DNA of 64,000 bases from an uncultured Candidatus Binatia bacterium (GCA_964291295.2 OZ219754.1:1888001-1952000); one strand, 5' to 3'. Positions 10,017 to 20,485 are shown, numbered from the stretch's first letter. Notes: generated by a model not told the origin, from the sequence alone. Made by a program: numbers and translations.

Positions 10017-11303
10017 TCAGTCCGTGTTCTCCTCGGCCTTGAGCAAAGCCAGCGCTTCCTCGACGAGCTTCCGCCGAAGCGCCTTTTCCTCGTCCGCCGG
10101 GAGGTTCGGGTCGCCGGCGACGTGGACGATGCCGTGTCCCAGCACCACCCGGTTGGAGCCGACCATCCTGGCGATGGGCAGGGCGGAGGTCATCTGCACG
10201 ACGGGCACGCCGGCCTTCTCGAGTTCGGTGGTGATCGCAGCACCGCTGCGCGTGCTGGTGCCTCACGTGGAGGTGAGAATCACCGCGTCCACCCCTTCGC
10301 GTTTCACTTTTCCGGCCATCTCCCGGCCCAGCCGGCGGGTGTTGGAAAGAGGGTTGGACAGGCCGGACGTGGAAAGGAACTCGCCGTGGATCCTGCCCAC
10401 CACCCCCTCCCGCTCCAGTTCTCGCAGAGCGTCCAGCGGCACCAGCCGGTCGGGATCGGCCTGAACGAAGCGGGGGTCGTAGCCGCCGTGGGAGATCTCG
10501 TAGTCCTCGCCGGAAAGGTCGTCGGTGTGCGAGATGTCGTAGGCGCCCCAGCGCGTGGCCGCCATCCCCTCGATGCCGTCGGGATTGCCTCTGGGAACCA
10601 GGCCCCCGTCGGTGATGAGCATCACGGTGGCCTGCGACAGATCCCCCACGCCCGTGGGCCGGGCCACGGGCTCGAAGGCGGTGACGGGCATCTCGGTGTC
10701 GAACGGCTGCTGGTGGACCTTGGCCAGCACCATGTCCACCAGCCGCTCCGCCGATGTCTTGTCGACGAACTGGTCCCGTATCAACCCGCGCGGCAGATAG
10801 CCCTCCTCACGGGGCAGGCCGATGGCCGCTCCGCTCGACAGCTTGCGCGCCAGACCGGCCATGCGCCGGACCACGTCCCTCATGCCGGCAACACTCCGCC
10901 CGGAGTCGACGATGTAGAGGGCCTCCCGGTAGAGGTCGGTTCCCGGGTTTTCCTGGTGCATGGCGGTAATGGCCGGAATGCGCAACTCGGTCTGCACGGC
11001 GCTGCAGAGGGCGCCGGCCGCCATGCCGTAGCGGCCGGCGTCGAAGCACGGTCCGGCCACGAACAGGTCCGCTCCGGCGTTTCGGACATGCTCCAGGACG
11101 GCCGCGGTCAGTTGCTCCGAGTGCTCCACCGCGTGGTTGTCGCCGCAGATCAGGGTCTTGACGACAGCGGCTCCGCCACCGAAGGCCTGCTCCAGCAGGA
11201 GGCCGGGACCGACGGCGTTCCCGATTTGTCGGAGCGGGCAGCCGGCCTGCTCCTCGCCGCCGATTCCGCCGAAGAACTGGTTGAGGTAGTGAACGATCCT
11301 CAT
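10017..11303 (-). CDS. grdB: Glycine/sarcosine/betaine reductase selenoprotein B family (GrdB/GrdF/GrdH-like), Sec at 10263-10265, 428 aa
   Basis: MRIVHYLNQFFGGIGGEE, GPCFDAGRYG, HGGYD, DAVILTST-UGA-GTSTRSGA, continuing in frame to a GrdB-like C-terminus (VGSNRVV.G..I.H..GDP); exact substrate subfamily not determined. Confidence 0.92.
10236..10250 (-). promoter_or_regulatory. Putative bacterial SECIS hairpin of grdB-like gene
   Basis: mRNA CGCAGC-GGU-GCUGCG starting 12 nt after the UGA. Confidence 0.7.
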
Positions 11304-11359
11304 GGCAACGGTCTCCCTGTCCGAGATTCGCCTCGCCCGTGGTCTCGTGCGCGGCCGTG

Positions 11360-12640
11360 TCAACAGACCACGGCGCGCAATCGCGAGGCCCCCTGCTGGT
11401 TGGCGACGCCCGCCACATTCATGGCGCCCAGTTCGCGCACGCCGGCCAGCCGCTCGCCGATGGCCGGGGTCGCCGCCACCACCCGTGTGGCCGGCTCCAC
11501 CTGCCACCGGGTGTCGTTGCCGCCGCCGTACACGATGGCGTCGACCTCGGGAAAGTTGAACAGCAGCGCCGACTCCACCCGGCGGTCCCGCGACACGTCC
11601 GAAACCATCACCGCGGTGCGGACTCCCTGCGACTCCAGCAGCCGGGCGGTCTCCGCCAGGTCGGCATGAGGCACACCGCCGCCGTATTTGGTGAGCACGG
11701 CGGCATCGGCGTTGAGCGCCCACCGGACCAGATTCGCGGCGGTGCGGCAGTTGCGGTCCCGGTCGGCGTTGTCCGACCCGGCGATGCTCGCCACCGTGCC
11801 GACGAAGTTCACCTCCCCGGCGTGGTGTCTCCGGTAAAGCTCGGTGATGACGGGATGGTTCTGGTAGAGGTAGGTCTCGGCTCCTCCCATGGAGGTGTAG
11901 TAGGAGGTCACGACGCCGCCATCCAGCCACTCGTCCGGATGCAGCAGCACCGGCAGCATCCCGCTGGTGTTGAGGCCGTAGAGCACGGGTTCGTCCGGCT
12001 CCGCCTGCCGCTGGCGGGAAAAGATCTGCCCCACGTACGCCACCCGGGGCAGGCCCGGACGCCCCGGCGGTCCGGGATCGACGGGCTCGAAGGCCGAGGT
12101 CGCCACGGGCGCGTGCGCCGCGGCGGCCCGGGCGAGGTGGACGGCGGTCTTGAGTCCGGCCACCCGCTTCGCCCGCTGGGCCGCGGCGCCGTCCCGGCCT
12201 GGCGCCATGCGGGGGACGACGACCAGGTGGTGCAGCGCCGAGTAGCACGAAGCCTTCGCCGCCGGCCCGTTCATCTCCAGCACGCGGCCGATGGAGCCGC
12301 GGGAGCCCCCGGCGGCGTGCTCGTCGAGAACCGTGACCGCCGTACCCGACAGCACGTGGGTGGTGCCCAGGCCGGCGGTCAGGGGCGGCCCCAGGATGCC
12401 GGGGAAGTCGGGGCCGCCGCCGGCCGCCTTGGCTCTGGGCTCGATGATGTCGAACACGGGCCCGGCCCGGCAGTCCTCGCCCGGCGCCACCCCCTCGAAG
12501 GTGACGTCGTCCAGCGCCTCATCCTCAAGCAACAGCCGGCGAAGCGCGTCCGTATCGATGTCGAGGGTGGTTCCGTCGAGTCGGGTGGGCGCGCCGAACC
12601 GAAGGGCACGCACCGGATGGTACGCCAATGTCAGATTCAC
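11360..12640 (-). CDS. Glycine/sarcosine/betaine reductase component B proprotein (GrdE/GrdG/GrdI-like)
   Basis: DIIEPRAK, FPG.LG...G.G.THVL.G.AV, LLHPDEWLDG, QNHPVI, ADAAVLTKYGGG.P..D; directly upstream of grdB-like; GTG start inferred. Confidence 0.88.
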   Translation of the reverse strand: MNLTLAYHPVRALRFGAPTRLDGTTLDIDTDALRRLLLEDEALDDVTFEGVAPGEDCRAGPVFDIIEPRAKAAGGGPDFPGILGPPLTAGLGTTHVLSGTAVTVLDEHAAGGSRGSIGRVLEMNGPAAKASCYSALHHLVVVPRMAPGRDGAAAQRAKRVAGLKTAVHLARAAAAHAPVATSAFEPVDPGPPGRPGLPRVAYVGQIFSRQRQAEPDEPVLYGLNTSGMLPVLLHPDEWLDGGVVTSYYTSMGGAETYLYQNHPVITELYRRHHAGEVNFVGTVASIAGSDNADRDRNCRTAANLVRWALNADAAVLTKYGGGVPHADLAETARLLESQGVRTAVMVSDVSRDRRVESALLFNFPEVDAIVYGGGNDTRWQVEPATRVVAATPAIGERLAGVRELGAMNVAGVANQQGASRLRAVVC

Positions 12641-12941
12641 GTGATGGCTTCCCCGCAGTCGGCCAGAGGATTCCACATTCCGGCGACAATGGCAAAGCGC
12701 CGCGGGGCTCAATGTTTGTCCGGCGAGGGGCGACCCAGGCAAGTCCGGAGGTCCATTCGGGAGCGGATTTCGTTGTCGATGTACCGGCCCCGGCCCCGAG
12801 AAGGCGTCACCCACTTCAAAAACGGCCACTCCGCTGCGGTCGCCCGCCGCCGACCGCGACAAAAAATGCTGCAAAGCGCTGTAACCGTCCTTCACGCACC
12901 GGGAGTCGGCAACAACCCGGGGCGACGGCGCGCCCCGGCAT

Positions 12942-14504
12942 TCACGGCTCCGACGCCCGGCCGCAGGCATCCACATAAGCACCCAGAGCGATGCCGTACG
13001 CCGCGGCGTGGATCCCGTGGTCGGCCAAGTCTCCGTGGTCGCCCTGGAGCGCCCACCGGGCATTTTCGAGGTGCGCCGGTCTGCCCGTCAACTGGTGGAG
13101 CTTGAGAAAGAAGCGCGCCGCCGCACCGTTCTCGTGGATCCGGGTCAGCGGATAACGAAGGAAGGCGGGTCCCTTTTCCGCGATGTCGAAGAAGCCCCCG
13201 GCGGGATTTCTCAACCGGGTCCGGATGTATCCGGCCAGCGCCTCGGCATGTTCGAGTAACGCCGGATCACGGTCCGCCTCGAATCCGTCCGCCAGCGCGC
13301 GTCCCATCAGGACCTGGTCCAGGAGCAGCCCGGGCACCCGCGGCGCATCGTCGAAGTAGTGGGCCATGCAGCCGGAGCGGTGCCGGCAGCGTTCCAGCAG
13401 AAAGCGCAGCGTCTCCAGGGCGCGTTCCCCGCAGTCCCTGCGCCCGAGGGTCCGGGCGGCGCGCAGGCAGGCGGAGACGGCGCGGGCGTTGGCGTCGGTG
13501 TACATCCAGGCATCGGTGATCGAGAACATGCCCCGGTTCTGGTGGAGCAGAGAGCCGGGCGGCCTGTCGCGGCCGGGAGTGAGGCGGACGTAGTCGCGGC
13601 AGCCGTGAAAGTACGGCATCGTCGTGTCGCGGAAACCCCGATGGAGGTAGTCCAGGATCTCTTCGGCGAGTTCCCTGAAAAAGGTTTCGCCGGTAAGCTC
13701 GCAGGCGTGCAAGGCGTTGTCCAGCAGGCCGGCATGGTCGGACAGGAGCTTCTCGTGATGGGGTTCGCTCCAGTCCGCTTTCGACGAGTAGCGGAAGAAC
13801 CCGCCCTCGGGGTCGTGGGTCCTGCTCCGGTGCATGTTGCGCAGGGTGAGCCGCACGTGGTCGAGCCAGCAGGCGTCGCCCGTGGCCGCGTGTTGTCGCA
13901 ACAGCAGCTCGTTGGCCTCGCAGTGGGGAAACTTCCATTCCTTCCCGTAACCGCCGTGCACGGGGTCGGCAAGGCCCCACACCCTTGCGGCGATGTCGCT
14001 GGCGGCACCGGGTCGCGGTCCGGCGCCGCCAGCCGCCCGGGCCGGCACCGCGGAGGGTTCACGTGCCGCATAGCCGACGTGAACGCGGACAGGGTGCGAT
14101 GCCTCGACGCGGGAGGCGCGTTGGTGTTTCGCATGGCCGACATGAACCCGCACCAGAACGTCGCTGAAGTCCCGGGGCGGGAGATGGTTGACGCCGGCGA
14201 GATAGTCCCCCTCGCTGCTCAGGAACACCAGGGTGGGCCAGCCGCCGCGATTGTAGCGCGCGCCGATGTCGGGTCGCTGGGCGTCTTCCACGCGGATCGG
14301 TACGAAGCAGGCGTTGAGCAGGGCGATGGTCTCGGTATCGGAGAAGGTGGTTTCGTCCATGCGCTGGCATATGCCGCACCAGAAGGCGCCGATGTACAGC
14401 ATCACGGGCTTGTGCTCCGCGCGGGCGCGCTCGAAGGCGGCGGGGCCCCAGTCGAGCCAGTGGACCCGATGGGCGCGGTTCGGGTTGGGGGAAAAGCGGA
14501 ACAT
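12942..14504 (-). CDS. DUF255/YyaL thioredoxin-domain protein
   Basis: VHWLDWG..AF.RA....KP, WCGICQRM, RPDI...Y..GGWPT, GGFFRYS...W..PH.EK. Confidence 0.88.
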   Translation of the reverse strand: MFRFSPNPNRAHRVHWLDWGPAAFERARAEHKPVMLYIGAFWCGICQRMDETTFSDTETIALLNACFVPIRVEDAQRPDIGARYNRGGWPTLVFLSSEGDYLAGVNHLPPRDFSDVLVRVHVGHAKHQRASRVEASHPVRVHVGYAAREPSAVPARAAGGAGPRPGAASDIAARVWGLADPVHGGYGKEWKFPHCEANELLLRQHAATGDACWLDHVRLTLRNMHRSRTHDPEGGFFRYSSKADWSEPHHEKLLSDHAGLLDNALHACELTGETFFRELAEEILDYLHRGFRDTTMPYFHGCRDYVRLTPGRDRPPGSLLHQNRGMFSITDAWMYTDANARAVSACLRAARTLGRRDCGERALETLRFLLERCRHRSGCMAHYFDDAPRVPGLLLDQVLMGRALADGFEADRDPALLEHAEALAGYIRTRLRNPAGGFFDIAEKGPAFLRYPLTRIHENGAAARFFLKLHQLTGRPAHLENARWALQGDHGDLADHGIHAAAYGIALGAYVDACGRASEP

Positions 14505-14720
14505 GGGCTGGCTTCCCGCGACCGGTGTCGTGACGAATATGCACCGGATTTCCGCCCGCGGGCAAACCGCGTGCCGCCCGCCGGCGGGATGGGCCGCCGG
14601 GGTCGATGGCACGAGGCGGCGGGGGCGGGCTCCGGACCGGCGCGGGTCGTCACGAGCGCGGCGGGCGTGTGGCCACCGCCCGGCGTCTGTAGTAGAGAAG
14701 GGCGCTCAGCTTGGCGGTGG

Positions 14721-14781
14721 GTCCCGCAGGGATTGTCCCGCAGGGGTTCTCACAAGGGTTACGAGGGTTACAAGGGTTCTC
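14721..14781. repeat. Short tandem repeats: gtcccgcaggg x2, then ac(a/g)agggtt x3
   Basis: Read directly, just upstream of ATG 14785. Confidence 0.75.
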
Positions 14782-14784
14782 TTC

Positions 14785-16158
14785 ATGCCTGCGTCACAGA
14801 TCGAACTGCCTGCGGCGATATCGCGCGAGCAGACCATCCGCGACTCCGAAGCGGTGCTGGGAATGCCCGACATTCCGTTGAGCGTCGAGGAAGACATCAT
14901 CCGCATACAGGCCCTGGGTATGGATTGGGACATCGGCATGAGGGTCTACCAGCCGCGGGATCCGGCCCGGATCTGCCGCGGCGCCGACGGCAGGAAGGCG
15001 GGACTCTTCCTGCTCCACGGCGGCTCGGGCGACTACAAGACCATGGAGGGCATCGCCCTCATGGCCGCCGGCAAGTTCGGCTTCAAGATCCTGAGCGGCA
15101 CGTTTCCCGGCCGTTTCTACTTCCCGGCATCGACCCGGGACTGGCCGGAAGACACCCTTCACCCGGACGGCAGCGTGCGGACGCCCATCTGGAAGCGGGG
15201 CGAGTCCATCGGACGGCATGAGTACGACGTCTGCCAGGATGTCTCGATGCGGCCGCGTTACGGCACCCGGACCGTCGCCCGGGCCAGGCCGGGGACGAAC
15301 TTCTACTACCGCATGGCGGCCTGGCCGGTGGCCTTCGAGGAGGGCATGAGGGAGGCCATGCGCCGGCATCTGCCCGAAGGCCTCTTCTCCATCTACGGCG
15401 AAGGCCACTCCACCGGCGGCCCCTTCGTGTCGATGCTGTCCCAGCGGGTGCCGAATTTCGCCGGGGTGGTGGCCACCGAGCACACGCCCTTCGGCCACGT
15501 GGGCGCCCGGCGCGACAACTGGAGTGGCTCTCTCGGGAAGGTGTCCGGGTTCGATCGCGTGCACACCGGCGCGGCGGTTCGCAAGGACCCCTTCAACGAG
15601 CTGTACATCCGCACGTGGCGCGATCTGGCGCGCTACGCCGGGCCGGAGGCCTTGGGGCAACAGGGGCCGGCGGCGCTGATGCGGCTGCCCATGCTGATGG
15701 AGGACATTCTGGGCGACTGGGAGCGAGTCCGGTCGCGGCCCCAGTTCAAGGCGGAGTACATCGTCACCCACGACATCGCGGCGTCGCTGGCGGAGGCGGC
15801 CCGGGTGAGCGCCCGGCGGCTCGGCATGAACGCCGACGAGACGCGGGCTTTGGTCGAGCGCTACCGCGGCTATCCGCGCGAGCTGTCAGGACCGGATGCG
15901 CGGCCGCTGCCGCCGTTCCTGTTCATCATCACCAAGGACAGCCGGGACCACAGCCCCGAAGCCTACCGGGAGGTGATCCTGCCCGCCTTTGCGGCCATGC
16001 GTCCGGCGCCCAGGACGCACCTGACCCACTTCGGCGCCGGCGTGCACAGTTTCTGGAAGGCCGAGGAAGGCCTGCCGCAGGGGGTGGCGCCGGCCGCCGT
16101 CAAGCTGTGGAACGACGCCATCACCGGAGGATATTTCGCGGCCGCCGCCGGGGCGTGA
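14785..16158 (+). CDS. Hypothetical alpha/beta-hydrolase fold protein
   Basis: LLHGG, GHSTGG nucleophile elbow, C-terminal GAGVH. Confidence 0.7.
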   Translation: MPASQIELPAAISREQTIRDSEAVLGMPDIPLSVEEDIIRIQALGMDWDIGMRVYQPRDPARICRGADGRKAGLFLLHGGSGDYKTMEGIALMAAGKFGFKILSGTFPGRFYFPASTRDWPEDTLHPDGSVRTPIWKRGESIGRHEYDVCQDVSMRPRYGTRTVARARPGTNFYYRMAAWPVAFEEGMREAMRRHLPEGLFSIYGEGHSTGGPFVSMLSQRVPNFAGVVATEHTPFGHVGARRDNWSGSLGKVSGFDRVHTGAAVRKDPFNELYIRTWRDLARYAGPEALGQQGPAALMRLPMLMEDILGDWERVRSRPQFKAEYIVTHDIAASLAEAARVSARRLGMNADETRALVERYRGYPRELSGPDARPLPPFLFIITKDSRDHSPEAYREVILPAFAAMRPAPRTHLTHFGAGVHSFWKAEEGLPQGVAPAAVKLWNDAITGGYFAAAAGA

Positions 16159-16209
16159 ACCCGGTCGGGACTCTCCGGGAGAGAAGCCGCTTGAGGCTGA
16201 GGTGATGCG

Positions 16210-17352
16210 ATGAAGTTCTCCTTCTTCATGATGCCGATCCACGAGCCGTCGGAGAACCCGGCGCTGGCCTTCGAGCGCGACATCGCGCTCATCCATTACG
16301 CGGAGGAGCTGGACTTCGACGAGTTCTTCATCGGTGAGCACCACTCGGGCGGCTGGGAGAACATGCCGGCACCGGAGCTGGCGCTGGCCAAGGCCGCGGC
16401 CCACGCCCGGCGCATACGCCTGGGCACGTCGGTGATCAACACGCCGTTCCATCATCCGTTCCATGTGGCCGAGCGCATGGCCTTTCTCGACCACTTGCCA
16501 CGGGGGCAGGCGATCCTGGGGGTGGGGCCGAGCGCCCTGGTCACCGACAAGAAGCTCTTCGGCCTCGACAACCGCAGGCTGCATCCGATGCTGAACGAGT
16601 CGGTGGAGGTCATCGTGCGGCTGCTGGAGTCGCCCGGACCCATCGACCACGACGGCGAGTTCTGGCGCTTCGAGGGCATGCGGCTTCAACTCCGCTGCTA
16701 CCAGCAGCCGCGCATGCCTCTGGCCATCGCCTCGTCCGGCAGCCCCTCAAGCCTCGAGCTGGCTGGCCGGCACGAGATGATGCTGTTGTCGCCGGCGGGC
16801 AAGAACCGCTGGCGCAACCCGGCCCACGCCGAGCAATGGAAATCGGTGGAAGCGGCCGCGGCGTCGGCCGGCAGGACCGCCAGTCGGGACAACTGGCGCA
16901 TCGCCACCAGCGTCTACCTGGCGGAGACGCGCGAGCAGGCGTGGGCCGACGTGGAGGCGGGCATTGCCCGGGACATGCGCTATTTCTTCGCCATCGGTCT
17001 CAAGACGCCCCATGAATCCTATCCCGACCGGCCGGCATCGGAGATCACGCCTCGTTCCGCCGCGGACCGGCGGGACTGGATCGTGGGGACGCCGGACGAC
17101 GCCATCCGCCACATCGAGCGCCTGCAACAGGAGACCGGCGGCTTCGGCGGCCTGATGCTCACCACCCACGAGTGGACCGGCAGCCGCAAGCTGCGCGATT
17201 CCCTCGAACGGTTCGCCCGCTACGTCATGCCGCACTTCCGCAGCCACACCGGGGACTTCCGGGACGAGTGGAATCGCCTGCGCAAACAGGCGGAGGAGGG
17301 CGGTGTGAAGGTCCCCGACGACGGCCGCCCGAGCAACCTCTTCAGCCGTCAG
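16210..17352 (+). CDS. LLM-class flavin-dependent monooxygenase; stop codon apparently lost, end approximate
   Basis: MKFSFFMMPIH, FIGEHH, IRLGTSV, HHPF.VAER.A.LDH, IVGTPDD, SLERFARYVMP; frame stays open to 19584. Confidence 0.8.
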
Positions 17353-17358
17353 GACGGA

Positions 17359-18078
17359 TCAGGCCTGCGCCGGCCGTTCAGCCCGCCAAGCGTGGAGATA
17401 CTGCACGATGTCGTCCAGCGGCAGCACGTCGGCGTACTTCTGGTTCATGTCGAAGAGGTTGACGGCGTGGCATGCCTCGTGCCGGTCGAATACGCATTCT
17501 TCCGCAACCACCATGCGAAACCGGTAGGTGCAGCCGTCCACGACGCTGGCGCGCACGCAACCGCTGGTGCTCTCGCCGCAGGCGATGACGGTATCAATGC
17601 CGTGCTGGTTCAGGTGGGCCACCAGGGGTGTGCCCCAGAAGGCGCTGGGCGAAAGCTTGCGCAGCACCGCCTCGCCGGGAAGCGGCTGTACTTCGTCGAT
17701 GATGTCGAACTTGTTGCGGCGCCGCTCCAGGGCCTCGGCCGACAGATTGTCGTTCGGCCGGTCGCGCCGGAAGGACCATTCATCGACGCCCGCGCCGGGC
17801 AGTCCGGAGATGTGAATGACGGGGATCCCGGCCTCGCGCGCGGTCCGGAGCAGTCTCTGGATGTGCGGGATGGCGTTCCATCCGGCCATGCCGCAGCTTC
17901 CGGGCCATTCCCCGATGGCATCCAGAAGGGGCTCGGGCTTGTCGCCGAAGACCCACCGGTAGAGGTCGATGAGGAGCAGGGCGGGCTTCTTGCCGAAGCC
18001 GATGGGCCGCGGCGGCCTCATGGCGGCGTGAGCCTTGTCCTGTTCGGAAAGAAAGCGATCCCATACGCGTTCGCTCAT
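17359..18078 (-). CDS. Isochorismatase/cysteine hydrolase family (N-carbamoylsarcosine amidase/maleamate amidase-like)
   Basis: GFGKKPALLLID, K..PSAFWGT, GESTSGCVRASVVD, KYADV; AGGAG RBS. Confidence 0.9.
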   Translation of the reverse strand: MSERVWDRFLSEQDKAHAAMRPPRPIGFGKKPALLLIDLYRWVFGDKPEPLLDAIGEWPGSCGMAGWNAIPHIQRLLRTAREAGIPVIHISGLPGAGVDEWSFRRDRPNDNLSAEALERRRNKFDIIDEVQPLPGEAVLRKLSPSAFWGTPLVAHLNQHGIDTVIACGESTSGCVRASVVDGCTYRFRMVVAEECVFDRHEACHAVNLFDMNQKYADVLPLDDIVQYLHAWRAERPAQA

Positions 18079-18327
18079 GATCGGTCTCCTTGTTCCGTCC
18101 GCGGGGGGGCGGTCCGCCGCCCGGGAACGGTGACGCGTGCCATTGATGGAATCCCTTTTATGGGTGCTCGCGGCGATGCGAGTCAAACGAGCCCCATGCG
18201 CCCGTCGGCCGGAGCGTTGCCGAGCGGAGTCGAAAGACACCCCTTCTCGCCGCGCCTTGCGAGTCGCGCGGGGAGGGGTTACCCTTCGGCCACCCGGTGC
18301 GCCGCACCCACGCTCCCCGCCGCAACC

Positions 18328-19584
18328 ATGCACACCGCCACGTACACCGCATTGGGGTTGGCCCTTCTGGCTGTTCACCTCCTGACCGCGCGGGCGTGGG
18401 CGGACGCGCCTCCGTTGCAGTCCCTGGCGCGGATGCGGGTGGGGGGCGCCCACGGGGTATTCGTGAAGGCGGAGAACGGCGCGGTGCTGGCCGCGCTCAA
18501 CGCCACCCGTCCCTACCATCCCGCCTCGGTGACCAAAGTAGCGACGACCTTGGCGTTCCTGTCAACGCTGCGGCCGGAACGCCGCTTTCGCACCCGATTC
18601 CTCGCCGCCGGTCCGGTGGCCGGCGGAACCCTTGACGGCGACCTCGTGGTGCGGGCGGAGGGCGACCCGGGCTTCCTGTTCGAAAACGCTTTTCTGGTAC
18701 TGGCGGCGCTCCGGGAGAAGGGGGTCCGCCGGATCGACGGCGCCCTGCGGGTCGAGGGGCCGTTCTTCTTCGACTGGACGCCGGACCCGGCGGGGCGGCG
18801 GCTCAAGCGGGTGTGGACAGGCGGGCTGGGCGCGGAAAGCTGGCCGGTGGTGGCCGGCGCGCTGTTTCCCGGACGGCGCGTGCGGCTGGCGGATTTCAAG
18901 CTTCGGTTCGGGCACCGCGCGGCCTGCGGGAAGCAGCCGGCGCGCCTCCTGGCCGTGCACGCCTCGCCGCCGCTCCTCCGCCGCCTGAAGGACTTCAACA
19001 GCCACTCCAACGACAGTTTCCACGAGTTCTCGTACCGCATCGGCGGGCCGGAGACGGTCCAGCGCATCCTCCGGGAACGGATCCGCGGCGTGCCCCGGTC
19101 GTCGGTGGTCATCGACAACGCCGCCGGTGACGGCAGGACGAACCAGATGAGTCCGCGAGCCGCCGTGGCCATGTTCGAGGCTCTGGAAGCGACCCTCGAC
19201 GCCCGCGGTCTGACCTTCGCCGACGTGCTCCCGGTGGCCGGGGTGGATCCGGGCACGATGGCGCACCGCCTGGAGTCGCCGCGCCATCGTGGGGCGGTGG
19301 CGGCCAAGAGCGGTACTGTGCGTGCGCTGCGGATATCGGTGCTGGCCGGCGTGGCGTACACCCGCAGGTTCGGGCGAACGTTCTTTTCGATCATGACCCG
19401 GGGTGTGCGGCCGTGGGAGGCCAGGAAACGCCAGGACGCCTTCCTGCGGGGTCTGCTTGATGCGGGCGGTGCGCGACCCCTGCCCACGCGCGCCGCGCCG
19501 CCGCCTGCGTTCATGCAGGCGCGGCTGGAATCGCCGCGCTCGGAGCCTGGGACGGAATTTGTATGTTCCGGGCCGCTCAGGTAG
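18328..19584 (+). CDS. dacB: D-alanyl-D-alanine carboxypeptidase/endopeptidase, peptidase S13
   Basis: Signal peptide, PASVTK (SxxK), GDLVV...GDP, SNDS (SxN variant), AKSG (KTG variant). Confidence 0.8.
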   Translation: MHTATYTALGLALLAVHLLTARAWADAPPLQSLARMRVGGAHGVFVKAENGAVLAALNATRPYHPASVTKVATTLAFLSTLRPERRFRTRFLAAGPVAGGTLDGDLVVRAEGDPGFLFENAFLVLAALREKGVRRIDGALRVEGPFFFDWTPDPAGRRLKRVWTGGLGAESWPVVAGALFPGRRVRLADFKLRFGHRAACGKQPARLLAVHASPPLLRRLKDFNSHSNDSFHEFSYRIGGPETVQRILRERIRGVPRSSVVIDNAAGDGRTNQMSPRAAVAMFEALEATLDARGLTFADVLPVAGVDPGTMAHRLESPRHRGAVAAKSGTVRALRISVLAGVAYTRRFGRTFFSIMTRGVRPWEARKRQDAFLRGLLDAGGARPLPTRAAPPPAFMQARLESPRSEPGTEFVCSGPLR

Positions 19585-19636
19585 TGTCGCCGCCTGGACG
19601 TTCACGTGACTCGCGACAAGGAGGAGGCACCCGCGG

Positions 19637-20485
19637 ATGGCTGACAAACCTCTGGAAGGAAGAGTGGCGTTGGTGACCGGGGCCGGCAGCCCCGCCGGTT
19701 TCGGTCGCCGCATGACGTTTGCGCTGACCGCGGCCGGGGCGCGCGTGGCCATGGTGGACATCAGCGAGGAATGGCTTCACCGGACGGCGGACGAGGTCCG
19801 GGCTGCGGCCGGGAAGGACAGCGTGCTGCCCATCGTGGAGAGCGTGGGCAGTTGGGAGAGTGCCGCAAGGGCGGTGGAGGCCGCCCGCTCCGGGCTGGGC
19901 GGTCTGGATATCCTCGTCAACAATGCCGGGACCAATCCGCGCAATGTCGGCCTCACGGACGAGTTCCGCCAGAAATGCTGGGAGGTGCCGCCCGAGGCCT
20001 GGGTGCGGGTGTTCGCCGTGAACTGCAGCGGACCCTTCTTCACCGTGCGCGCCGCGGTGGGGACCATGATCGAGAAGGGGTGGGGCCGCATCATCGGCGT
20101 CACCACCAGCCTGGACACCATGTACCGGGCATGGGGCGCGCCCTATGGACCGTCCAAGGCAGGGCATGAGGCCTTCATGGCGACCTTGAGCCAGGAACTG
20201 GAGGGCACCGGGGTCACCGCCAACGTGCTGGTTCCCGGCGGGCCGGCCAACACCAATCTGATTCCGCAGGACGCCGGCTACGACCGCGATCAACTCATTC
20301 AGCCGCCGGTCATGGAAAAGCCGGTGGTGTGGCTCGCGTCCCGGGCGTCCGACGGCATCAACGGCCGGCGCTTCATCGCCCACCACTGGGACGAGAGCCT
20401 GCCGCTGGCGGAACGGCTGTCCAGGGCCAGCGCGCCCGCCGCCTGGCCGCAGGCCGGACAGGCCGCCATCGCCCCGGGGCGATAG
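19637..20485 (+). CDS. Short-chain dehydrogenase/reductase
   Basis: TGAGSPAGFG, NNAG, YGPSK. Confidence 0.92.
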   Translation: MADKPLEGRVALVTGAGSPAGFGRRMTFALTAAGARVAMVDISEEWLHRTADEVRAAAGKDSVLPIVESVGSWESAARAVEAARSGLGGLDILVNNAGTNPRNVGLTDEFRQKCWEVPPEAWVRVFAVNCSGPFFTVRAAVGTMIEKGWGRIIGVTTSLDTMYRAWGAPYGPSKAGHEAFMATLSQELEGTGVTANVLVPGGPANTNLIPQDAGYDRDQLIQPPVMEKPVVWLASRASDGINGRRFIAHHWDESLPLAERLSRASAPAAWPQAGQAAIAPGR

